Source of the DNA: Alphaproteobacteria bacterium
GTDB lineage: Bacteria; Pseudomonadota; Alphaproteobacteria; GCA-2746255
Length of the DNA: 64,000 bases
NCBI GenBank assembly: GCA_965249135.1
Contig: OZ252220.1
Coordinates: forward strand, 1,280,001 to 1,344,000
Direction: 5' to 3'
A program made the translations under genes and the position numbers. The notes beneath the pieces are model-generated. The model saw only the letters and a list, made by a program, of their open reading frames with translations, searched no databases and had not been told where the DNA came from. Below, piece after piece: positions 19,371 to 29,448 of this stretch; within the stretch, counting starts at the first letter, position 1, and every line of letters begins with the position of its first letter.

Positions 19371-20489
19371 CTCCAGCTCCAGCACGTGGCGTGCGAGCTT
19401 GTGCATCGCCGACGGCAGTGCGTAATCGCCGAACCGTTCCGGCGGGCACCAGACCGCGTTCTCGAGCACGCTCGTCCGGCCGCGCGTCTTAGCCGCAACG
19501 ACCTTAAGTTCCAGCCGGAAATGTGAAAATTCGTGCCGGACCGTGCCCGGCAAAAGCCGTTTGTGAAACAATTTCGCCTGGGGAAGCGGACTCTGCTTCA
19601 ACGCTTCGGCCAGCGTCCACGTGCCTTGCCGCCAGTCGGTGGAGGGGACTTCCATCATGCCGCCAAGCAGGCCTTGTTCCGGGCGGCGGCGAAGCAGAAC
19701 GGCGCCGTCGGCGCGCTGCAACCAGAAAGCAACCCCATGGCGGATGGGGCGGTGCGGGCGGGGGGAGCGCCGTGGAAGCTCGTCCACCAGCTTTTTCGCC
19801 TTCGCCTCGCAGCCGAAGGCCCAGGGGCAGTGGCCGCAGGCCGGATTGACCGGCCGGCAAATGGCGCTGCCGAGTTCCATGATCGCATGGGCATAGTCGC
19901 CGGGACGGCGGGCGGGCGTGAGCATGGCCGCGAGTTTGCGAATCTCACCCTTCGCCTTGGGCAGGGGATCCGTCACCGCAAAGAGCCGCGCGATCACGCG
20001 CTCGACATTGCCATCGACGACCGTCGCCGGCTTGCCGAAGGCGATGGCGGCGATCGCGGCGGCGCTGTAGGGGCCGATGCCGGGAAGGGCCAGCAGGTCT
20101 GCTTCGTCTTTGGGCAAGTGGCCGGCGTGCTCGTGCTGGACGATGCGGGCCGCGCGGTGGAGGTTGCGCGCCCGAGAGTAATAACCAAGGCCCTGCCAGA
20201 CGTGGAGCAAGGCGTCGAGATCGGCACCAGCCAGATCCTCAAGGGTCGGCCAGCGGGCGATGAATTTCTTGAAGTAGCGCTCCACGGTCGCGGCCTGGGT
20301 CTGCTGCAGCATCACTTCGCTGAGCCAGACCCGGTAGGGATCCGGCGTCTCGCCCGGCTGCGTGCGCCACACGAAGGAACGATGCCCGCGGTCGTACCAG
20401 CGAAAAAGAGCCGCCACCAGAGCGGTGCGATCCAGGCCAGGAGGTTTGCGAGGGCGCCTCCGAGGGATTTTGCGTTTTCTCGGCCTCAT
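19344..20489 (-). CDS. mutY: A/G-specific adenine glycosylase
   Basis: PYRVWLSEVMLQQT, WQGLGYYSRARNLH, LPGIGPYSA, VVDGNVERV, Fe-S CxxxxxxCxxCxxxxxC. Confidence 0.96.
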   Translation of the reverse strand: MRPRKRKIPRRRPRKPPGLDRTALVAALFRWYDRGHRSFVWRTQPGETPDPYRVWLSEVMLQQTQAATVERYFKKFIARWPTLEDLAGADLDALLHVWQGLGYYSRARNLHRAARIVQHEHAGHLPKDEADLLALPGIGPYSAAAIAAIAFGKPATVVDGNVERVIARLFAVTDPLPKAKGEIRKLAAMLTPARRPGDYAHAIMELGSAICRPVNPACGHCPWAFGCEAKAKKLVDELPRRSPRPHRPIRHGVAFWLQRADGAVLLRRRPEQGLLGGMMEVPSTDWRQGTWTLAEALKQSPLPQAKLFHKRLLPGTVRHEFSHFRLELKVVAAKTRGRTSVLENAVWCPPERFGDYALPSAMHKLARHVLELESVASARRP

Positions 20490-20595
20490 CCCGCTCGCCC
20501 TTCGTCTCATCGATTGCCCGCCTTTCGCTTCGGGCCTAGCATAGGCGAGAAAACCGGCCCATGGCCAAGGCCGGAAGATTAAGGAAACGCCTGCG

Positions 20596-21132
20596 ATGCC
20601 CGCTAAACGCATTGGGACCCGTTCCCTTGCCCAGCTCGTCCCGCGAATTACCCAAAAAGCGCTCGGCCGCCGGGGCGCCGCCGTGGCCGGCCTGATCACG
20701 AAATGGCCGGACATCGTCGGCCCCGCCATCGCCCGGGCCAGCCTGCCCAGGAAGCTCAGCTTTCCGAAGGGGGAGCGCGGCGGTGGCACGCTGCAGATCG
20801 CCGTCGCCGGCAGCCTGGCGACGGAACTTCAGCATTTGGAGCCGCAGGTGCTGGAGCGGATCAACGGCTTCTTCGGCTACGCGGCCGTCAAACGCTTACG
20901 TCTCATCCAGGACCTGACGGTGGGAGGCGAAAGGCAAAGGTACGTGGAAAAGGGCCGGCCGGCCGGGCCCGTGCCGGCCAAGGCCGCGACAGACTTGGGT
21001 GCGACAGACTTGGGTGCGACAGACTTGGGCGCGACAGGCGGGCGCGGTACGGGCGCTTCCGATGCCGAACTTCACGCGGCGCTTGGGCGTCTGGGCAGGA
21101 CCGTCCGGGAGGCGGCAAAGACCAAAAAGTGA
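20596..21132 (+). CDS. DUF721/DciA-family protein
   Basis: WPDIVG, ELQH, LERINGFFGYAAV; usual position between mutY and dsbA. Confidence 0.85.
   Translation: MPAKRIGTRSLAQLVPRITQKALGRRGAAVAGLITKWPDIVGPAIARASLPRKLSFPKGERGGGTLQIAVAGSLATELQHLEPQVLERINGFFGYAAVKRLRLIQDLTVGGERQRYVEKGRPAGPVPAKAATDLGATDLGATDLGATGGRGTGASDAELHAALGRLGRTVREAAKTKK
20986..21037 (+). repeat. In-frame 15-bp tandem repeat, about 3.5 copies (ATDLG)
   Basis: GCGACAGACTTGGGT x2, GCGACAGACTTGGGC, GCGACAG. Confidence 0.9.
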
Positions 21133-21206
21133 GGGCAAAGAACCAGGAATCCTTGCCGATGCGCAGCTTGCCGGTCCCATCCCCCACCCCTATACTGCCC
21201 CGCAGC

Positions 21207-21860
21207 ATGCTATATCTTGTGGATAGGTGGCGGTGCATTCGCCATATCCTGTTTTTCCTGGTCCTTGCCCTGCCGCTGGCCGGGTGCGATTCAGGGAATG
21301 GGTCCGGCCGCACAGCCCAGGATCAGGCGCCGGGGCCGGTCCGCGCGCTCGGCGCAGAAGACGCCCCGGTCACCATCATCGATTACTCCTCGCTTACCTG
21401 CCCGCACTGCGCGAAGTTCCACAACGAGACCCTGCCGGCATTGAAGAAGAAATACATCGAGACCGGAAAGGTTCGGCTGGTCTACCGAAATTTCCCGCTC
21501 GACAACGTCGCCCACAAGGCGGCCATGCTTGTGAGCTGTGCGCCGGAAGGAAAATATTTCCAGCTTCTCGACATCCTGTTCGCACGCCAGCGCAATTGGG
21601 CGACGTCGGAGAACCCCAGAGCAGCCCTTGCGAACCTCGGAAAGATGACCGGCATCGATGAAAAGCGTTTCGATGCCTGCATGAACGATACGGATCTGGG
21701 CAGTTTGATTTTGGAAGAACGCCTCTATGGCGAGAAGACATACGAGATTCAATCGACGCCCACCTTCATCATCCATGGCGAAAACCATGTCGGCGTGCTT
21801 CCCATCGAAGACTTCGATGCGATCCTGGCGCCTCTTTTGAGCGAAGCGGGGGCAAACTGA
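21207..21860 (+). CDS. DsbA-family thioredoxin-fold protein (lipoprotein-like signal); start approximate
   Basis: LAGC lipobox; YSSLTCPHCAKF; STPTF cis-Pro loop. Confidence 0.9.
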   Translation: MLYLVDRWRCIRHILFFLVLALPLAGCDSGNGSGRTAQDQAPGPVRALGAEDAPVTIIDYSSLTCPHCAKFHNETLPALKKKYIETGKVRLVYRNFPLDNVAHKAAMLVSCAPEGKYFQLLDILFARQRNWATSENPRAALANLGKMTGIDEKRFDACMNDTDLGSLILEERLYGEKTYEIQSTPTFIIHGENHVGVLPIEDFDAILAPLLSEAGAN

Positions 21861-21861
21861 C

Positions 21862-24800
21862 GTGCAGTTCCTGAAACTCACGCTCGCCGGTTTCAAGTCC
21901 TTCATCGATTCGACGGAGCTGCCGATCGAACCCGGGCTTACCGGCATCGTCGGACCGAACGGCTGCGGCAAGTCGAACCTCGTCGAGGCGCTGCGCTGGT
22001 CGATGGGCGAAACCAGCGCAAAGCAGATGCGCGGCGGCGAGATGAACGACGTGATCTTCAGCGGAACATCGGAGCGGCCTGCCCGCAACCTTGCCGAGGT
22101 CATCCTGCATCTCGACAATCGGGACCGCATGGCACCGGCGATGTTCAACGATCAGAGCGAGCTGCAGGTCTCGCGGCGGATCGAACGTGGGGAGGGATCT
22201 CTTTACCGGGTGAACGGCAGCGACGTCCGGGCCAAGGACGTCCAGCTTCTGTTCGCCGATGCGACGACCGGCGCACGGTCGACAGCCCTGGTGAGCCAGG
22301 GCCGGATCGGCGCCATCATCAACGCGAAGCCACAGGAGCGGCGCGGCCTGCTCGAGGCGGCGGCGGGAATCGCCGGCCTGCACAGCCGCCGCCATGAGGC
22401 CGAGCTTCGCCTGCGCGCCGCGGAAACGAATCTGGGACGCGTCGACGACGTGATCGAGACGCTCGAGGTCCAGCTCAAGGGACTGAAACGCCAATCCCGC
22501 CAAGCTTCCCGCTACCGGCGCTTGAGCGAACGCATCCGCGAGGTGGAAGCCCTGCTGCTTCACCTGAAATGGATCGAGGCCTCGGCGGCGGTCGAGAGCG
22601 CCGAACAAAACCTTGGTCACGGGGAAGTGGACGTCTCGGAACGCACCCGGCAATCCGCAGCGGCAGCCACGGTCCAGGCCGAAGTGGCGGCGATCCTGCC
22701 GGACCTGCGCAAAGCGGAAGCCGCGGCCGCCGCCGAGCTTCAGCGCATGCTTCTGGCCCGCGACGGGCTGGACGCCGAGGAGGCGCGCATCCAGTCCGCC
22801 CAACGCGAATGCACCGAGCGGCTCGCCCAGATCGAAAGCGATCTCACCCGCGAGCAGGCGCTCGTCCGCGATGGGGCGGAAGCCTTGGGGCGCTTGGAAG
22901 AGGAACGTAAAGTCCTGATCGCGTCGCGCGAAGGCGAAGCGGGGGCCCAAACCAAAGCCGCCGAACGGCTGGCCGGGGCAAGCGCCGAGGTCGATGCGCT
23001 CGAAACCGAGCTTACCCATCTCACGGAACGGGTCGCCGCCGACGAGGCGCGGAAGGCGAATTTGGCCGAGGAGATCCGGGACCTCGACGGACGGCGCGGG
23101 CGCCTCGACGAACAGGCGAGCGAAATCGACGGACGGCGCAACCAGCTTCAGGCGGAAGGCGTAGAGCCGGCCGCCCATGAGGAAACCGAGCGCGCGATTG
23201 CCACCGCAGTGACCGCTGTCCGTCAAGCGCGCGAAGCGATGGACCGGGCAGATCAGAACCGTCTCGCGTTGAATGAAAAGGCGAGCGAGGCTAGAAGCTC
23301 GCTCCACGAAGCAGAAGCGGTGCTAACCAGGCTGCGTGCCGAGGAAGCGGCGTTATCCGAACTTCTCGAGGGTGCGGAGATCGGAAACTGGACGCCGCTT
23401 CTCGATTCGGTTGCCGTCACATCCGGTTACGAGGCTGCCCTTGGGGCCGCCCTTGGCGACGATCTGAGTGCTGCGATCGATTTGGACGCGCCGATCCACT
23501 GGCGGGCGACCGCGAAGGGGAATGACGCGCCACTTCCCGAAGGGGCGGCGCCACTTAACCAGTTCGTCCAGGCGCCGGAGATGTTGCATCGCCGGCTTTC
23601 GCAAATCGGCGCCGTTCCGGATGGACCAAGCGGTGCCCGGCTTGCCGCTTCGCTCCGCCAGGGCCAACGGTTGGTGAGCCAGGCGGGGGATCTTTGGCGG
23701 TGGGACGGTTTCGAGATCCGTGCCGGCGCCGCGACGGCGGCGGCGACGCGGCTGCGCCAGCGCAACCGGTTGCAGGAACTGCGTGGCGAATTGGTGCGCG
23801 CCGAGAGCGTGTTGACCCAGCGCGCCGAGGAAGACCGAAGCGCGCAAACGGCAGCCGAGGGTGCGGCAAAGGCGGAGCGTATCTCGCGCGATGGGCTTTC
23901 GGAAGCGGAAGGCGCCCTTGCCCGGACCCGGGAGGCCCAAACGACGCTCGCTCGCAAGAGCGCGGAAACCGATTCTCGGTTGCTCGCGCTTGAGGAAGGC
24001 GAGCAGCGCATCGGCAGCGACCGCGAGGAGACGGAAACCAGAATCCGGTTGGTGACGGAGGCGCTTGGCCAACTCGGCAATCTTCAAGAAGCGCGCAGCA
24101 CCGTCGAAGCGAAACGCCAAGCGCTTTCGAAGCGGCGGATCGTCATGTTCGAATGTCAGGCCACCCACGATCGCCTCCGTCAGGAGGGTGCTGCACGCAC
24201 CTCGCGGCTGCATGCGATCGAGGCCGAGGCCATTTCCTGGCAGAAACAGGCGGAAGGTGCGCAGCGCCAGCAGAGGCTCCTGAAGGAAAGGCACCTGGCC
24301 GCCGACGAGGAGCAGCGGCGTCTGGCCGCGCTGCCTGAGGAAATCACCACGCAACGCGGCGAGCTTATCGCCCGCATCGAGGTGGCCGAGAAGGTCCGCC
24401 AGACGGCGGCCGATCGCCTGGCGGAAGGGGAAAGCCGGCTCGGCGAAAAGGACAAGGCGCTGAAGGCGGCGGAGGCGCAACTCGCGGAAGGCCGGGAAAA
24501 CCGCATCCGTCTGGAGGCCGCAGTCACCCAAGCCGTCCAGGCCCGCCAGGTGCTCAATGAGCGGATCCGCGAACGCCTCGAATGCGCGCCGGAAGAGGCG
24601 GCAGACGTGGCCGGCCTGAAGGAGGACGCCGAGCCGCCCGACCCGGTGGAGATCGAAGCGAAGCTCGACCGCTACATGCGGGAGCGCGAACGCATGGGCC
24701 CGGTCAATTTGCGCGCGGAAGCGGAAGCCGAAGAGCTTCAGGAACGCATCGGTGCGATGACGACGGACCGCGAAGACCTAGTGGCGGCGATCGCGCGCCT

Positions 24801-25320
24801 TCGCAAGGGCATTGCCGCGCTGAACCAGGAAGGCGAAGCGCGCCTGCAGGCCGCGTTCACCCAGGTCGATACCCATTTCCGCGAGCTGTTCGTGCGGCTG
24901 TTCGGCGGCGGCAAGGCGCATCTGAAACTGACCGAATCGGAGGATCCCCTCGAGGTGGGCCTCGAGATCATGGCAAGCCCGCCCGGTAAGCGGTTGCAGA
25001 TCATGTCGCTGCTTTCCGGCGGCGAGCAGGCACTGACGGCGATCGCGCTTCTGTTTGCCGTCTTCCTCACGAATCCGGCCCCGATCTGCGTCCTCGACGA
25101 GGTCGACGCGCCGCTGGACGATGCGAATGTGGACCGTTTCTGCACGCTGGTTGAGGAAATCGCCCACAGCTCGAAGACGCGTTTTTTGGTCATCACCCAC
25201 CACCGCATGACGATGTCCCGGATGGACCGCCTGTTCGGCGTGACGATGGGCGAACGGGGCGTTTCGCAATTGGTTTCCGTCGATCTTCAGGGCGCCGAAC
25301 GGATGCGCGCAACCGCCTAA
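21862..25320 (+). CDS. smc: Chromosome segregation protein SMC
   Basis: GFKSF, Walker A GPNGCGKSN, long coiled coils, LSGGEQ, LDEVDAPLD. Confidence 0.98.
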   Translation: MQFLKLTLAGFKSFIDSTELPIEPGLTGIVGPNGCGKSNLVEALRWSMGETSAKQMRGGEMNDVIFSGTSERPARNLAEVILHLDNRDRMAPAMFNDQSELQVSRRIERGEGSLYRVNGSDVRAKDVQLLFADATTGARSTALVSQGRIGAIINAKPQERRGLLEAAAGIAGLHSRRHEAELRLRAAETNLGRVDDVIETLEVQLKGLKRQSRQASRYRRLSERIREVEALLLHLKWIEASAAVESAEQNLGHGEVDVSERTRQSAAAATVQAEVAAILPDLRKAEAAAAAELQRMLLARDGLDAEEARIQSAQRECTERLAQIESDLTREQALVRDGAEALGRLEEERKVLIASREGEAGAQTKAAERLAGASAEVDALETELTHLTERVAADEARKANLAEEIRDLDGRRGRLDEQASEIDGRRNQLQAEGVEPAAHEETERAIATAVTAVRQAREAMDRADQNRLALNEKASEARSSLHEAEAVLTRLRAEEAALSELLEGAEIGNWTPLLDSVAVTSGYEAALGAALGDDLSAAIDLDAPIHWRATAKGNDAPLPEGAAPLNQFVQAPEMLHRRLSQIGAVPDGPSGARLAASLRQGQRLVSQAGDLWRWDGFEIRAGAATAAATRLRQRNRLQELRGELVRAESVLTQRAEEDRSAQTAAEGAAKAERISRDGLSEAEGALARTREAQTTLARKSAETDSRLLALEEGEQRIGSDREETETRIRLVTEALGQLGNLQEARSTVEAKRQALSKRRIVMFECQATHDRLRQEGAARTSRLHAIEAEAISWQKQAEGAQRQQRLLKERHLAADEEQRRLAALPEEITTQRGELIARIEVAEKVRQTAADRLAEGESRLGEKDKALKAAEAQLAEGRENRIRLEAAVTQAVQARQVLNERIRERLECAPEEAADVAGLKEDAEPPDPVEIEAKLDRYMRERERMGPVNLRAEAEAEELQERIGAMTTDREDLVAAIARLRKGIAALNQEGEARLQAAFTQVDTHFRELFVRLFGGGKAHLKLTESEDPLEVGLEIMASPPGKRLQIMSLLSGGEQALTAIALLFAVFLTNPAPICVLDEVDAPLDDANVDRFCTLVEEIAHSSKTRFLVITHHRMTMSRMDRLFGVTMGERGVSQLVSVDLQGAERMRATA

Positions 25321-25395
25321 AGGGGCGGCACAATATTCGTATAACCCTATGAAAAAAAATACTTTTTTCTGCTTCTGGCGGGCGGGCGCCCATGC

Positions 25396-25424
25396 TTGAC
25401 AGTGCGAAACCCCGCACCTATGTT
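25396..25424 (+). promoter_or_regulatory. Sigma70 promoter of the F0 ATP synthase operon
   Basis: TTGACA-N17-TATGTT with an A/T tract upstream. Confidence 0.7.
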
Positions 25425-25477
25425 GCCCCGAACTTCGCGCCTAGTGCTCTTTGCGAATGCGCAAACACAACGTGCCG

Positions 25478-25819
25478 ATGGTAGAAGACGAACGGCCACC
25501 TTCGCTCGACGATCCGGCGCTCGACGATCTGGAAAGCCGGATCCAGAAGGCCCGCGCGGCGCAGCCCGCGGCCGGACCCGATACTCCCCGGCCATCGCCC
25601 GTTGGGGCAGCACTTCGTCTGGCCGTCGAAATGGTATCGGCGTTGTTCGTCGGCGCAGGCATGGGCTGGCTGTTGGACGAATGGCTGGGCACCAAGCCAT
25701 GGCTTTTGTTGGTGTTCCTGCTCCTTGGAGCTGCCGGGGGGATGTTAAACGTATACCGGACCGGAAGACGCCTCAGTGCTTCGTCCGAAGAAGAACATAA
25801 ACGAGGGGATGGCGGTTAA
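25478..25819 (+). CDS. atpI: ATP synthase protein I (AtpZ/AtpI family)
   Basis: GWLLDEWLGTKPW and two TM helices; first gene of the operon. Confidence 0.9.
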   Translation: MVEDERPPSLDDPALDDLESRIQKARAAQPAAGPDTPRPSPVGAALRLAVEMVSALFVGAGMGWLLDEWLGTKPWLLLVFLLLGAAGGMLNVYRTGRRLSASSEEEHKRGDGG

Positions 25820-25849
25820 GCCACCCTTCAAGCGGCGAGAGGAAGTGGA

Positions 25850-26584
25850 GTGGCAGCCGAGCACAGCCCATTAGAACAATTCGCGATCACGCGGCTCGTC
25901 GAGCTTGAGGTCGGCGGCGTGGACGTGTCGTTCACGAATTCATCGGCGATGATGGTTGCCGTCATCGTCCTTATCACACTCTTCATGGGCTTAAGCATGC
26001 GCCGCCACGCCATGGTACCGAGCCGATGGCAGCTCATGGCGGAACTCAGTTACGAATTCATTGCGAAGACCGTGAGAGACACCATCGGCGCGGAAGGAAA
26101 ACGCTTCTTTCCGTTCGTCTTCACGCTCTTCATGTTCATCCTGTTCAGCAATACCCTTGGCCTGATCCCGCACAGCTTCACGGTGACCAGCCACATCATC
26201 GTCACCTTCGCATTGGCGTCCTTCATCTTCCTCAGCGTGACGCTGCTGGGATTCATCCGCCATGGCCTGAAGTTCCTGACGTTCTTCCTGCCGCCGGGGG
26301 TGCCGGTGTTCCTTGCCCCCCTGCTCGTCCCGATCGAGCTTATTTCCTATCTCTCGCGCCCGGTGAGCCTTTCCGTGCGTCTGGCCGCAAACATGCTGGC
26401 CGGCCATACGATGCTGGCCGTGTTCGCCGGATTTGTCGTCGCCCTTGGGCTGTTCGGGGTCGCCCCTTTCATCTTCATCGTTCTGCTTTACGGACTCGAG
26501 ACGCTGGTGGCTTGTCTGCAGGCTTACGTGTTCGCCGTGCTGACCTGCATCTACATCAGCGATTCGATTCACCTGCATCACTAG
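25850..26584 (+). CDS. atpB: F0F1 ATP synthase subunit a
   Basis: RPVSLSVRLAANMLAGH, LQAYVF. Confidence 0.97.
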   Translation: MAAEHSPLEQFAITRLVELEVGGVDVSFTNSSAMMVAVIVLITLFMGLSMRRHAMVPSRWQLMAELSYEFIAKTVRDTIGAEGKRFFPFVFTLFMFILFSNTLGLIPHSFTVTSHIIVTFALASFIFLSVTLLGFIRHGLKFLTFFLPPGVPVFLAPLLVPIELISYLSRPVSLSVRLAANMLAGHTMLAVFAGFVVALGLFGVAPFIFIVLLYGLETLVACLQAYVFAVLTCIYISDSIHLHH

Positions 26585-26639
26585 GCCACCTGCATCACTG
26601 GGAAGAAAGCGGAACGGTTTGTTTGACCATTCAACCTAA

Positions 26640-26882
<243 letters not shown>

Positions 26883-26924
26883 GCCGAAAGGCAAGCCCAA
26901 AAGAGCTTTCCAAGGAGACCCCGC

Positions 26925-27446
26925 ATGCCGCAGATGGTCATTCCGGATTACGCGCCGCAAGTCGTATGGCTCGTTATTACCTTTGTCGCGCTTTACTTCG
27001 CCATGGCGAAGCTGGCGTTGCCGAAGATCGAGCGCGTGCTCGAGGAGCGCCGGAGGCGGATCGACTCCAATCTCGAACGCGCCACAACATTGAAGGAAGA
27101 GGCCGACGCCGCCGCCAGGGCCTATGAAAAAACCCTCGCCAAGGCCCGCGATGCGGCGCACGAGGCGCTTCGGCAATCCGCACAAGAATTTTCGAAGGAA
27201 GCCGACAGGCGAACGGCGGTCTTCGATCGAGAGCTCGGTGAAAAGACGAAGGCGGCGGAGGGGCGCATCCAGGACTCCCGCGAAAAGGCCTATGCGGAGA
27301 TCCGGGACGTCGCCATCGAGGTGGCGGCCGAGGCCGCCGCCAAGCTGATCGGCGAAGCGGTGTCGAGGGAGAAGGTCATTCGGGCCGTCGACCAGACACG
27401 AGAGGGCCAGACACGAGAGGGCCAGACGCAAGAGGGGAAGACGTGA
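26925..27446 (+). CDS. F0F1 ATP synthase subunit b'
   Basis: MPQ...QVVWL TM start followed by a coiled coil; operon position. Confidence 0.92.
   Translation: MPQMVIPDYAPQVVWLVITFVALYFAMAKLALPKIERVLEERRRRIDSNLERATTLKEEADAAARAYEKTLAKARDAAHEALRQSAQEFSKEADRRTAVFDRELGEKTKAAEGRIQDSREKAYAEIRDVAIEVAAEAAAKLIGEAVSREKVIRAVDQTREGQTREGQTQEGKT
27392..27436 (+). repeat. In-frame 15-bp tandem repeat x3 (QTREG) at the end of subunit b'
   Basis: CCAGACACGAGAGGG x2 then CCAGACGCAAGAGGG. Confidence 0.85.
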
Positions 27447-27928
27447 TGTTCGAATCGCTCTTCTTCTGGGAGGCACTGGCCTTTGCGATCTTCGTGTTCG
27501 CCGTCTTCAAGCCGATCCGGAACAAGGTTCTGGGCATGCTGGACCAACGCATCCATGCCATCCGCTCGGAGATCGAAGAGGCGGAGCGCTTGCGCGAAGA
27601 GGCTCAAACGACGCTTGCCAGCTTCCAGCGAAAACAGCGGGACGCGGCGAAGGAGGCCGAGCAGATCCTGGCCCATGCCAAGGAAGAGGCGGGCCGCCTT
27701 CATGAAGAAGGCCTGAAGAACCTTAGGGCGGTGTTTGAACGGCGCAAACGCATGGCCGAGGAAAACATCGGCCAGGCGGAGCTGGAAGCAAAACGCGAAA
27801 TCCACAGCTACGCCGTCGAGCTTGCGGTGGCAGCCGCGGCCAAGGTGCTGGCCGAGAGCCTGGATGCGAAGAAAGCGGACCGATTGGTCGACCAGGCAAT
27901 CGCCGAAATGCCCGACAAGCTTCACTAG
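27443..27928 (+). CDS. atpF: F0F1 ATP synthase subunit b
   Basis: N-terminal TM, LDQR...EAERLREEA coiled coil. Confidence 0.93.
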   Translation: MMFESLFFWEALAFAIFVFAVFKPIRNKVLGMLDQRIHAIRSEIEEAERLREEAQTTLASFQRKQRDAAKEAEQILAHAKEEAGRLHEEGLKNLRAVFERRKRMAEENIGQAELEAKREIHSYAVELAVAAAAKVLAESLDAKKADRLVDQAIAEMPDKLH

Positions 27929-27948
27929 GAATTTCGAGAGAACGCTCC

Positions 27949-29448
27949 TTAAGCCCCCGGCCGCCAGCGAAGGACGGGGTGGCGAGCGGCCTGGGTTTCG
28001 TCCAGGCGGCGGCGCGGAGCAAATCTGGGCGCTTCTTGAAAATGGGTCACTTGGCCTGCCTTCAGCCGAGCCACCAGCGCCTTCACGGTTGCGATGAAGT
28101 GGTCGAGGCCTTCCTTGCTTTCGCATTCGGTGGGTTCCATGAGGAGCGCCCCGTGAACGACCAGCGGAAAATAGATCGTCATCGGATGGAAGCCCTCGTC
28201 GATCAGCGCTTTTGCGAAGTCGAGCGTCGTGATCCCGTGGGCGCGGAAGACCGCATCGTCGAACAGCGCCTCGTGCATGCAGGGTCCCGGATAGGGCGCG
28301 GAGAGTTCGTTCTTGAGCGAGGCGAGCAGGTAGTTCGCATTGAGGACGGCATCCTCGGCCACCTGACGCAGCCCGTCCCCGCCATAGCTCAGCATGTAGG
28401 TGAGCGCGCGGATGAACATGCCCATTTGGCCGTGAAAGCCTTTCAGCCGGCCGAACGCCTTCGTGTCGGCCGGCGCGTCCCTCTCCCCTTCGATCAGACG
28501 CAGGCCATCGTCGTCATGGACGAGGAAGGGGTAGGGAGCAAAGGCGCTTAAATCCTCCGACAGCGCCACCGGGCCCGCACCCGGGCCGCCGCCGCCATGG
28601 GGCGTCGAGAAGGTCTTGTGCAGATTGATGTGCATGCAGTCGATGCCCAAATCGACGGGCCGCACCCGGCCGACGATCGCATTGAAATTGGCGCCGTCCG
28701 CATAGAGAAAACCGCCGGCATCGTGGATGGCACGTGCGACTTCCAGGATCTCGTTCTCGAAGAGGCCGCAGGTGTTCGGGTTCGTCAGCATGACCGCGGC
28801 TACGTCAGGCCCAAGTTTCGACCGAAAGGCGTGTAAGTCCATCCGCCCCCGCGCATCACCTGGCACCGGGTCCACCCGATAGCCAAGCGAGGCGGCCGTC
28901 GCCGGATTCGTCCCATGGGCCGATTCGGGCACCAGCACGCGGGCGCGAACGTCGCCTCGCTCGGCGAGCGCGGCGCGGATCGTCATCATGCCGCAGAGCT
29001 CGCCCTGGGCGCCGGCGGCCGGCGACATGGCGATGGCGTGCAGGCCCGTCAATACCTTCAGCCAAGCCGCCACCCGATCGATCACCTTGAGCGCGCCCTG
29101 AACGGTGGCGAAGGGCTGAAGGGGATGGAGGCTCGCAAAGCCGGCAAGCCGCGCCGTCTTTTCGTTGAGCCTCGGATTGTGCTTCATGGTGCAGGACCCC
29201 AGTGGATAGAAACCGGTGTCGATGCTGAAGTTCTTCTGGCTGAGGCGGGTGAAGTGGCGAATCACCTGGGGCTCCGAAAGACCGGGAAGCCCGATTTCTG
29301 CCTTTCGCTCGAGACCGCCCAGGCGGTTTTTCTCCGCATTCGGCGTGGGCAGATCGACCCCCGATCGGCCCTTGGCGCCCTGCTCGAAGAGGAGCGGTTC
29401 TTCGAAATCGAGCCCATGATGGCCGGACGTCGTCCTTTCCCCTCTCAT
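27949..29448 (-). CDS. gcvPB: Glycine dehydrogenase subunit 2
   Basis: [38 protein letters not shown]. Confidence 0.97.
   Translation of the reverse strand: MRGERTTSGHHGLDFEEPLLFEQGAKGRSGVDLPTPNAEKNRLGGLERKAEIGLPGLSEPQVIRHFTRLSQKNFSIDTGFYPLGSCTMKHNPRLNEKTARLAGFASLHPLQPFATVQGALKVIDRVAAWLKVLTGLHAIAMSPAAGAQGELCGMMTIRAALAERGDVRARVLVPESAHGTNPATAASLGYRVDPVPGDARGRMDLHAFRSKLGPDVAAVMLTNPNTCGLFENEILEVARAIHDAGGFLYADGANFNAIVGRVRPVDLGIDCMHINLHKTFSTPHGGGGPGAGPVALSEDLSAFAPYPFLVHDDDGLRLIEGERDAPADTKAFGRLKGFHGQMGMFIRALTYMLSYGGDGLRQVAEDAVLNANYLLASLKNELSAPYPGPCMHEALFDDAVFRAHGITTLDFAKALIDEGFHPMTIYFPLVVHGALLMEPTECESKEGLDHFIATVKALVARLKAGQVTHFQEAPRFAPRRRLDETQAARHPVLRWRPGA

Noticed and set aside
20703-21206. N-terminal extensions in the ORF track for DsbA, MutY, DUF2064, GshA, CaiB and GntR
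   Set aside because: Arg/Pro/Gly-rich read-through of neighbouring genes in other frames; the real domains start later.
21218-21226. TGTGGATAG, 8/9 match to a DnaA box upstream of dsbA-smc
   Set aside because: Single imperfect match that may lie in coding sequence; could be chance.
21769-24531. Long antisense ORFs opposite smc, and similar ones opposite gcvT, coxA, acyl-CoA dehydrogenase and the AcxA-like gene
   Set aside because: Shadow ORFs caused by high-GC codon bias; no recognisable motifs, and they fully overlap well-supported genes.
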